Part shown: piece after piece, positions 1-7,326 of the stretch
Position numbering within the stretch: position 1 is the first letter of the stretch
How the letters are laid out: each line of letters opens with the position of its first letter
Source of the DNA: an uncultured Holophaga sp.
GTDB lineage: Bacteria > Acidobacteriota > Holophagae > Holophagales > Holophagaceae
Direction: 5' to 3'
Assembly (NCBI GenBank): GCA_963664825.1
Contig: OY761614.1
Coordinates: forward strand, 3,136,001 to 3,200,000
DNA: 64,000 bases
The notes under the pieces: generated by a model
The model's database searches: none
What the model saw: only the letters and a program-made list of their open reading frames with translations
What the model was told of the DNA's origin: nothing
Program-made: the position numbers and the translations under genes

Positions 1-883
1 GGTCCACATGGGTGTGGAGTTCCCCCTCCAGGCCCATCTCCAGGATGACCTGCTTGCCGAAGTCTTCGGCCAGATCGTGACCGCGGCTGATGGGGTAGAA
101 CTCGGGGATCACCATGTGGATATCCACATGGGTGTAGCGGCCCGCCCTCATGGTGCGCAGCTCGTGGATAGCGATGAGATCGGCGGGGCGCAGCCGGTTG
201 ATGACCTCGATGAGCTTCGCCAGTAGCGCCGGATCCTCCACGTCCAGCAGGGCGCGGCTGGAGCTGTGGACGAGCTTGAAGCCGGTGATGGCCAGCAGGA
301 TGCCCACGAGGATGGCCATGATGGGGTCCAGCCAGAGGAGGCCCGTGAATCTCACCAGCAGGAGAGCCGCGGCGATGCCCAGGGTGGTCCAGAAATCCGA
401 TAGCACGTGATGACCGTCGGCTTCGATGGCCCGGGAGCGCTGTTGCTTGCCCATGTAGATGAGGAAGAGTCCCAGCAGGCCATTCATGCAACCCGCCACC
501 ACGTTCACGGTCAAGCCTGTGCCCAGATCCTTGATCTGGACCGCGCCGTGCCATTGGGCATGCAGGGCCTCGATGGCCTGCCACCAGATCATCACCGCCG
601 CCAGGGAGATGAGCCCCCCTTCAAAGGCCGCGCTGAAGTGCTCGATCTTGCCGTGGCCATAAGGGTGTTCCCGGTCCGCGGGCTTTTCCGCAAATATCAC
701 GGCCCCCAGGGCAAAGATAGCCGCCACCACATTCACCACGCTCTCGATGGCGTCCGAGAGGAGGGCGGTGGAATGGGAGATGTAGTAGGCGAAGTATTTG
801 AGGCCTAGGATCAGCAGGCCCGCGCCGATGGAGAGGGAAATGACGCGTAGGCGGGTCTTTCGTGAAAGATGTTCCAGGTTCAT
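1..883 (-). CDS. Cation diffusion facilitator (FieF-like) metal transporter, 3' end truncated by window edge
   Basis: Manual translation from ATG 883 (GGAG RBS upstream): MNLEHLSRKTRLRVISLSIGAGLLILGLKYFAY..STALLSDAIES..KPADREHPYGHGKIE, ending ..ELHTHVD at the edge; classic CDF motifs. Absent from the ORF track because it is truncated. Confidence 0.9.
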   Translation of the reverse strand, partial: MNLEHLSRKTRLRVISLSIGAGLLILGLKYFAYYISHSTALLSDAIESVVNVVAAIFALGAVIFAEKPADREHPYGHGKIEHFSAAFEGGLISLAAVMIWWQAIEALHAQWHGAVQIKDLGTGLTVNVVAGCMNGLLGLFLIYMGKQQRSRAIEADGHHVLSDFWTTLGIAAALLLVRFTGLLWLDPIMAILVGILLAITGFKLVHSSSRALLDVEDPALLAKLIEVINRLRPADLIAIHELRTMRAGRYTHVDIHMVIPEFYPISRGHDLAEDFGKQVILEMGLEGELHTHVD

Positions 884-915
884 GAGGCCTTCTCCGGCCC
901 GTGGGGCCGAGGTCA

Positions 916-2010
916 TCATCCTCTGGCGGGGTCGGTCCCATCAAGGGGGAGGGCGGCTTTTAGACTGAGTCGCAGCAGCGCTTCCATGAAGCGGGGGATA
1001 TCGGCGGGTTCGGTATCGAAGGCGCACATCCAGCGCACGAGGCCGGCGCGCTCGTCCCAGGGCCAGAAGAAGGTCTCGCGCTGGAGCGCCTCCATCAGGG
1101 GCACGGGGATGCGCGCGAAGACTGAATTGACCTGGACGGGGAAGGCCATCTCCAGGAAGGGGAGCGCCGCGGCGGCCTGGTGGAGTTGGGCGGCCATGGC
1201 GTTGGCGTGGCGTCCGTTCTCAATCCAGAGATCATCCTCCAACAGCGCCTCGAACTGGGCGGAGATGAAGCGCATCTTGGAGGCGAGCTGCATGCAGTGC
1301 TTCTGCCAGTAGGGGAAGTCCGCCCCCAGGCCGGGTTTCAAAAACACCACGGCCTCGCCGCAGAGCATGCCCTGTTTGGTGCCTCCGAAACTGAGGACAT
1401 CCACCCCACTCTCCAGCAGCATCTCACGGGCACTGACACCCAGGGCGGCCACGGCGCAGCCTAGGCGGGCGCCGTCCACATGGACCCCCAGGCCGTGGGC
1501 GTGAGCCATCCCGGTGAGCGTTCGCAGTTCCTCCAGCGTGTAGAGCGTGCCCACTTCGGTGGGCTGTGTGAGTGTCAGGGCCACGGGGAGGGCTCCATGC
1601 ACGCCGTGCCCTCGTCCCAGGACCTCTTCCAGGGCCGACGGATCCATCTTCCCCTCCCGGCTCTTCAGCGGGATGAGGCGCATGCCCAGCGTGCGCTCCG
1701 GGGCTGTGCTCTCGTCGTTCCAGACATGGGCCAGGTCCGAGCACAGCACGGCGCCGTAGGGCTTCTGGAAGGCCATCAACGACAGGACATTGGCCGAGGT
1801 GCCATTGAAGACGAAATGGGTGGACACCGGTTGTCCAAACATCCGGTCGAAGGCCGCCCGGGCCCGGGCCGTCACGGCGTCCTCGCCGTAGGCCATGGCA
1901 TGGCCATGGTTGACGCTGGCGATGCGTTCCAGGATGCGCGGATGGACCCCGGCGAAATTGTCGCTGGCGAAACCTCGGGGGAAGGGATCCTGGGAGAGTT
2001 CAGTGTGCAT
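916..2010 (-). CDS. ltaE: Low-specificity L-threonine aldolase (PLP-dependent)
   Basis: FASDN, YGED, NGTSAN, HVDGARL, SFGGTKQG (PLP lysine), QLASKMRF motifs; ATG 2010 follows AGAGGA. Confidence 0.88.
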   Translation of the reverse strand: MHTELSQDPFPRGFASDNFAGVHPRILERIASVNHGHAMAYGEDAVTARARAAFDRMFGQPVSTHFVFNGTSANVLSLMAFQKPYGAVLCSDLAHVWNDESTAPERTLGMRLIPLKSREGKMDPSALEEVLGRGHGVHGALPVALTLTQPTEVGTLYTLEELRTLTGMAHAHGLGVHVDGARLGCAVAALGVSAREMLLESGVDVLSFGGTKQGMLCGEAVVFLKPGLGADFPYWQKHCMQLASKMRFISAQFEALLEDDLWIENGRHANAMAAQLHQAAAALPFLEMAFPVQVNSVFARIPVPLMEALQRETFFWPWDERAGLVRWMCAFDTEPADIPRFMEALLRLSLKAALPLDGTDPARG

Positions 2011-2012
2011 TT

Positions 2013-3188
2013 TCAATCCTCTTTTCGGAGCGCATGCTTGGGGCTGCTGCCGGGCCCCACGCCAAGGGTACGCCCAAGCGCTTCGATCTGGGCGCGGATG
2101 GAGGCCGTGGTGATATCGGCCGTCTCGTGGAGCCCCGCCTTGCCGGGGTAGATCTGGTAGAGCTCCCGGTATTTGGGAGGGGTGAGGTTCGGCATGATGA
2201 CATTGGCGCCCCGGGAGAGGCCATTGGCCCGGCCCGATCCTGGATCCAGGGTGGCCAGGGCCGTGGTGCTGGGGATATTGGTATCGGGGCAGAGGAGCCG
2301 CGTGAGGGCCAGGGCCTTGAGGGTGGTCAGGGGGTCATTGGGCACCTGCTCGGTGCCGGCCTCCACCATCAGCATCTCCCCCAGGGGGCCTTCCAGGGGC
2401 GTGCCGGGGCTCGGGATGTAGGGTCCGATGCCAATCATGTCCATGCCGTATTGGCGGAAGGTCCAGATATCCTGGGCCAGGGTCTCCCAGGCCTGGCCCG
2501 GGATGCCCACCATGACGCCCGTGCCGATCTCGAAGCCCATCTCCCGCAGGCGTTCCAGCTGATCGAGGCGATTGGACGAACCCCCTACTAAATCTGATGG
2601 GATGGTTGGGCTCTGCCCGACCATCCCATGGGGGTCCAAGGGGGGACATCGCGACCCAAGGGAGCAGGCGGTCCCCCCTTTTAAATTCGGATGGATGCGG
2701 CGGTAGAGGTCCTCGTCCGTGGTCTCGAAGCGCAGGAGGTAGCGGTCCGCCCCCGCTTCCCGCCAGGTCCGCAGCTCCTCGTCGCTGCGCTCTCCCAGGG
2801 AGAGCGTGATGGCCAGTCCCGTGCGCTCCTTGATCTTCCGGATGATCTCCGCCATCCATTCGCCAGTGATGCCCGGGTCCTCCCCCGCCTGCATGACCAC
2901 GGTGCCGAAGCCGTATGCGAGGGCCTTGTCGGCGCATTCCAGGATCTCCTCCTGGCTCATGCGGTAGCGCTCGATCCTGGGGGCGCAGGCCGAGATGCCG
3001 CAGTAGGCGCAGGATCTCACGCAGTGATTGGAGACCTCGATGAGGCCGCGCAGATGGACCTCGTCGCCGACATGGTGGCGCCGTGTGGCGTCGGCGGCTT
3101 CCCAGAGGCGCTCCAGGTCGTCCTCTTCTTCGGCCCTCAGCCAGGCCAGGATGCCATCTCGATCGAGGGTGCTTTCGGAATCAGACAT
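2013..3188 (-). CDS. hydE: [FeFe]-hydrogenase H-cluster radical SAM maturase HydE, copy 2 (in-frame 31-aa insertion; lacks C-terminal auxiliary Cys motif)
   Basis: RGLIEVSNHCVRSCAYC (CX3CX2C), QAGED, ADRYLLRFET, NIPSTTAL, GANVIMPN, YQIYPGK; same operon as hydF. Confidence 0.88.
   Translation of the reverse strand: MSDSESTLDRDGILAWLRAEEEDDLERLWEAADATRRHHVGDEVHLRGLIEVSNHCVRSCAYCGISACAPRIERYRMSQEEILECADKALAYGFGTVVMQAGEDPGITGEWMAEIIRKIKERTGLAITLSLGERSDEELRTWREAGADRYLLRFETTDEDLYRRIHPNLKGGTACSLGSRCPPLDPHGMVGQSPTIPSDLVGGSSNRLDQLERLREMGFEIGTGVMVGIPGQAWETLAQDIWTFRQYGMDMIGIGPYIPSPGTPLEGPLGEMLMVEAGTEQVPNDPLTTLKALALTRLLCPDTNIPSTTALATLDPGSGRANGLSRGANVIMPNLTPPKYRELYQIYPGKAGLHETADITTASIRAQIEALGRTLGVGPGSSPKHALRKED
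2594..2686. repeat. 93-nt palindromic (REP/RPE/MITE-like) element inserted in frame in hydE copy 2
   Basis: Hairpin ATGGGATGGTTGGGC-tct-GCCCGACCATCCCAT (2597-2629) and hairpin AAGGGGGGAC-N23-GTCCCCCCTT (2638-2680); imperfect direct repeat CCCCCTACTAAAT/CCCCCTTTTAAAT 93 nt apart; absent from hydE copy 1. Confidence 0.75.
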
Positions 3189-3191
3189 GGT

Positions 3192-4286
3192 TCACTCAGA
3201 GAGAAGAAGGGAAGATCCCTGGCGGCGTCCACCGGCACCGCTGCCCAGGCTCCGGCCCAGGGAATGGATGCGGCCCTCCATGCACCCTCGGCACATCAGG
3301 GCCGTCTCGTGGATGCAGGCCTTGCCGGGGTAGATCGCATAGAGCGTCCGGTATTTCGTGGGGGTGACATTGGGCATGACGACATTGGCGCCGCGCATCA
3401 GGCCCAGCTCCCGGCCCTGGTCCTTGTCCAGGGTGGCCAGCGCCGTGGTGCTGGGGATATTGGCCTCGGGGCACAGGATGCGGGTCAGGGCGATGAGCTT
3501 GAGGGTCGTCAATTCGTCGGCGGGCACCTGCTCCGAACCCGCTTTGGCCCGCAGGTCCGCGCCCAGGGGGCCGTCCAGGGGCGTGCCGGGGCTCAGGATG
3601 AAGGGGCCCACGCCGATCATGTCGAGATCGAGGGCGCGGAAGGCCTCCAGGTCCCGGGCGAGGATCTCCCAGGTCTGGCCCGGGATGCCCACCATCACGC
3701 CGCTGCCGATCTCGTAGCCCATCTCGCGCATCCCCAGGAGCAGCGCGAGGCGGTCCGAGACCGTGCCTTCCAGGCTCGGGTGGATGCGCCCGTAGAGTTC
3801 CGGGTCGGAGGTCTCGAAGCGCAGCAGGTAGCGATCCGCGCCAGCGGCTTTCCAGGCCTTCAGCTCCGATTCGCTGCGCTCCCCCAGGCTCAGCGTGATG
3901 GCCAGACCCGTCTCGGCCTTGATGTTCCGCAGGAGCTCGGCCACCTTGTCTCGGCTCAGCACCAGGTCCTCCCCGGCCTGAAGCACCGTGGTCCCGTAGC
4001 CCAGGCGCTGGACTTCCCTGGCGCACTGGAGGATCTCCTCGGCGCTCATGCGGTAGCGAGGGAGGCCCTTCGATGCGCTGCTGATGCCGCAATAGGCGCA
4101 GCGACGCATGCAGTGGTTGGATATCTCCAGCAGGCCGCGCATGTGGACCTCTTCCCCCACATGCTGCCTTCGCACTTCGTCAGCCCGTGTCCACAAGGGT
4201 TCGAGCCTTACTTCATCGGTCTCCCTCAACCAGCGGAGGATCTCGTCATGGGGCAGGGGGCTCGCCTTTTCGCAACCTTCGCACAT
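3192..4286 (-). CDS. hydE: [FeFe]-hydrogenase H-cluster radical SAM maturase HydE, copy 1
   Basis: RGLLEISNHCMRRCAYC, ADRYLLRFETSD, YAIYPGK followed by CX7CX2C (CIHETALMCRGC) auxiliary cluster motif. Confidence 0.92.
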   Translation of the reverse strand: MCEGCEKASPLPHDEILRWLRETDEVRLEPLWTRADEVRRQHVGEEVHMRGLLEISNHCMRRCAYCGISSASKGLPRYRMSAEEILQCAREVQRLGYGTTVLQAGEDLVLSRDKVAELLRNIKAETGLAITLSLGERSESELKAWKAAGADRYLLRFETSDPELYGRIHPSLEGTVSDRLALLLGMREMGYEIGSGVMVGIPGQTWEILARDLEAFRALDLDMIGVGPFILSPGTPLDGPLGADLRAKAGSEQVPADELTTLKLIALTRILCPEANIPSTTALATLDKDQGRELGLMRGANVVMPNVTPTKYRTLYAIYPGKACIHETALMCRGCMEGRIHSLGRSLGSGAGGRRQGSSLLLSE

Positions 4287-5518
4287 CAGGACTTGCGGCC
4301 TTTCATGAAGGCTTCCAATGCCGCCGGAAATGGCGCCAGGGCTCGTTCCAGGATGCCCAGGGAGTAGGCGATGGTGAGGCCGTAGTTGGTGAGGGAAACA
4401 GAGGCCTCCCGGGCGCGATGGAGGCGACTGAGCATCTCCCGGCGGTTCCCGGTGCAGTTGCCGCAGTGGACGATGAGTTTGTAGGGGCTCAGATCCTGAG
4501 GGAAGTCCCGGCCCTGCACATGGGCGAATTCCAGCTCGGCGCCCACATACTGGGTGAGCCAGTGGGGGATCTTCACCCGGCCGATATCCTCGCTGATGGG
4601 GTGATGGCTGCAGGTCTCCGCGATGAGCACCCTGTCGCCGCCCTTGAGTTTTTCGATGCCCAGCGTGCCGCGCACCTGTTCCACCAGATCGCCCTGGAAG
4701 CGGGCCATGAGGATGCTGAAGGAGGTCATGGGGATTTCCAAGGGCACATCCGCCGCCACTCTCTGGAAGGCCTGGGAGTCCGTGACGACCAGGGCGGGGG
4801 GCCTCGAGAGCCCGGTCAAGGCGTGCTTGAGTTCCCGGTCCTGGCAGACCAGGGACATGGAACCGCCATCCAGCAGATCGCGGACGGCCATGACCTGGGG
4901 CAGGATCAGGCGGCCCTTGGGGGCCTCCTTGTCGATGGGCATGACGAGCACGGCCGTTTCTCCCGGGGGCACCAGGTCGGAGACCAGCCAGCGGCTGTCG
5001 AAGAAGTCCCCGGGGGCCAGGTTCAGCAGGGCCTCTCTCACATCCAGGATGCCCGCACCGGTGGATGCGGTCACAGAGACCACGGCCACACCGCGGGCTT
5101 CCAGGGCCGCCCGTTCCTCGGGGGTGGGAGCGTTCAGATCCTGTTTATTGAGCACCACCAGGGTCGGGACCCTGCGGCTCTGCAATTCCTTCAGCAGTCC
5201 CTCCTCGAAGAAGCCCCAGGCACCGGCTTCCGTGACGATGACGCCCAGGTCCACACGTTCGAAGACGGTCTTGGTGCGGGCGATGCGCAGTTCGCCCAGG
5301 GCGCCTTCGTCGTCCACGCCAGCCGTATCCACGAATTGCACGGGGCCCAGGGGCAGAAGCTCCATGGGCTTTTCCACGGGATCGGTGGTGGTTCCGGCGT
5401 GCTCACTGACGATAGACACCTGCTGTCGTGTGATGGCATTGAGCAGGGAGGACTTCCCCACATTGCGGCGGCCGAAGAGACCGATATGGAGGCGGAGGGA
5501 CTTGGGTGTGGATTGCAT
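4286..5518 (-). CDS. hydF: [FeFe]-hydrogenase maturation GTPase/scaffold HydF
   Basis: GRRNVGKSS, GTTTDPV, DTAG, NKQD GTPase motifs; APKGRLILPQ; CSHH...HCGNC cluster ligands. Confidence 0.95.
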   Translation of the reverse strand: MQSTPKSLRLHIGLFGRRNVGKSSLLNAITRQQVSIVSEHAGTTTDPVEKPMELLPLGPVQFVDTAGVDDEGALGELRIARTKTVFERVDLGVIVTEAGAWGFFEEGLLKELQSRRVPTLVVLNKQDLNAPTPEERAALEARGVAVVSVTASTGAGILDVREALLNLAPGDFFDSRWLVSDLVPPGETAVLVMPIDKEAPKGRLILPQVMAVRDLLDGGSMSLVCQDRELKHALTGLSRPPALVVTDSQAFQRVAADVPLEIPMTSFSILMARFQGDLVEQVRGTLGIEKLKGGDRVLIAETCSHHPISEDIGRVKIPHWLTQYVGAELEFAHVQGRDFPQDLSPYKLIVHCGNCTGNRREMLSRLHRAREASVSLTNYGLTIAYSLGILERALAPFPAALEAFMKGRKS

Positions 5519-5659
5519 AAGGACCTCTGGAGCGGAGCCGGGGCTCCCATGACAGGATGACCGAGAGAGGGCGCCCGTGACTTGACCTGGAGCAAAAGGC
5601 CCAGGGGCACCAAAAGAATCCTTGGATTATGGGGGGCAGTGCTAGAATCGTTCATCGCA

Positions 5660-6148
5660 ATGGTCCCAATAGGTGGAATCGTGGAATCGGATCATCCCAG
5701 CGGTGCCCTCTTGAATGGGTCGGCGTTCTCGGCCTCATGGCCCCCGGAACTCGATACCGGCGTGCCGGCCCTCGACGAGCAGCATCGTCTCCTGGATCGC
5801 ATCCTCTCCAGCCTCATCCAGACCCTGCAGGTGCAAGCTTTTCCCCGGGATTTGGGGGCGCGGATCGAACAGTTGCTATGCTTGGTAGACGAGCACTTCG
5901 CCACGGAGGAGGCCGTGTTGGAGACCTGCGCCTACCCGCATCTGGGGCCGCATCGGGCCGAGCACGAGGTCCTGGTGGAGCGCATGCGGGGGCTGCAGCG
6001 CTTCTATGCCGAATCCGACGCGCCACCCCTGGTGGAAATGGTCCAGCAGGCCCGGGAAATGCTGCGGACCCATGTGCGCGAGGTGGACCAGGACTACGCG
6101 GCCTACCTGAGCCAGGCTCTCGGGTTCAAGCCGCTGCCGACGCCCTGA
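5660..6148 (+). CDS. Bacteriohemerythrin (di-iron O2-binding protein)
   Basis: W..ELDTGV..LDEQH, HFATEE, YPHLGPHRAEH, HVREVD.Y ligand pattern; start uncertain (ATG 5660 or GTG 5681). Confidence 0.85.
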   Translation: MVPIGGIVESDHPSGALLNGSAFSASWPPELDTGVPALDEQHRLLDRILSSLIQTLQVQAFPRDLGARIEQLLCLVDEHFATEEAVLETCAYPHLGPHRAEHEVLVERMRGLQRFYAESDAPPLVEMVQQAREMLRTHVREVDQDYAAYLSQALGFKPLPTP

Positions 6149-6267
6149 AGCGTCGGGTCTCTCTTGGAAAACACAGGGATCTTCTCCTTTGCCGGGAAGC
6201 CCACTATTGTGAGTGAGGCCGCGTGGGCGAAGCATCCAAGTTGCCCCGCTAGGAAGAGGGCTTTCCC

Positions 6268-7155
6268 ATGGAAACCAAATCCAAGATGCATCTCCTGATC
6301 GGAGTCCTGGCCGCCGCCCTCCTCTGTGCGGGGGGCTATGGGCTCTACAGGGAATCCCATCGGAAGACCCTAGAAACCCCGGTCCAAGGGCTGGCACAGG
6401 CCGAGGCCTCGAATGGGGCCTCCCTGCGGATCGAGACGCTTTCGGCGGCCTCTCCCGATAGCTCGGGGCTCGAGGCCCATGTGATCGGCAACCCCGGGCT
6501 CAGCTTCGAGTGGTCCATCCAGGGAGGGAAATTGGAATCCGGCAACCAGCGGGAAACGGTCCTTTGGGCCGCGGGTCCCGCAGGCGAAGTGGTCCTCAAC
6601 TGCCGGGCCTTCGATGGGACGGGCGCTGAAACCTCCACGTCCGTGCGGATCCCCATCAAACCGGTCCCAACCATCGCCCTCCTGGAGGCCGTGCCATCGG
6701 TCCTCACCCTTGGGGCGAGCGCCAAGCTGGGCTGGACGGTGAAGGATTGCAAGAAGCTCGTGCTGGATCCCGGCGGGCGGGACGTGACGGCCTTGACCGG
6801 GCCCGGCCTGGAGGTGAAACCCACCGAGACGACGGTCTACACCCTCACGGCCACCCATGCCTCGGGCACCACCGTCACTCGGAACCTTACGGTCAAGGTG
6901 CTGCCCGCGCCCCAGGTCCTTTCCCTGCGCGCTGAGCCCAGATCGGGCGTTGCGGACGCCTTCACCGTCATCGGGGAATTCAAGGGGGGGAAAGCCGAAC
7001 TGAAGGATGGCGGTGCCGTGCTTGCCTGTGGGAATGAGAGCCCCTTGCGGGCCGAACTCACTGGGGTGAAACCCGGCGCTTCCGTGAGCCTGGTGGTCAC
7101 CAGCGAGACCGGGGCCACCGTTACGGCCTCCGTGCAGTTCGCCGTGAAGAAGTAA
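6268..7155 (+). CDS. Membrane-anchored or exported protein with Ig/PKD-like beta-sandwich repeats
   Basis: N-terminal hydrophobic helix; FEWSIQGG..W..G.V.LNC and W......L..D...TTVYTLTAT patterns typical of Ig-like folds. Confidence 0.6.
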   Translation: METKSKMHLLIGVLAAALLCAGGYGLYRESHRKTLETPVQGLAQAEASNGASLRIETLSAASPDSSGLEAHVIGNPGLSFEWSIQGGKLESGNQRETVLWAAGPAGEVVLNCRAFDGTGAETSTSVRIPIKPVPTIALLEAVPSVLTLGASAKLGWTVKDCKKLVLDPGGRDVTALTGPGLEVKPTETTVYTLTATHASGTTVTRNLTVKVLPAPQVLSLRAEPRSGVADAFTVIGEFKGGKAELKDGGAVLACGNESPLRAELTGVKPGASVSLVVTSETGATVTASVQFAVKK

Positions 7156-7190
7156 CCTCCCCTCAGAAATCGACAAGGGCTGTCCTGTTC

Positions 7191-7206
7191 TGTGATTTTG
7201 CTCACG
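7191..7206. promoter_or_regulatory. CRP/FNR-family (or Rex-like) palindrome TGTGA-N6-TCACG
   Basis: TGTGAttttgcTCACG about 120 nt upstream of the oxidoreductase start. Confidence 0.4.
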
Positions 7207-7326
7207 ATCCTTCCGATGGGGTCTGGCCCGATGGTTCAATAAAGTGCGCCCCCATTTCCAGTCAGGGAGGCGGATCTTTCAGGTTCCGCGCTCTAGATGA
7301 TCGGCTTTCCGCCGAGGAGTCCTCGT

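Noticed and set aside
2691..4367. Long antisense or alternative-frame ORFs (also 15104-16336, 30005-31606, 59223-61880)
   Set aside because: Shadow ORFs expected in high-GC coding DNA; they fully overlap recognisable genes and have no motifs.
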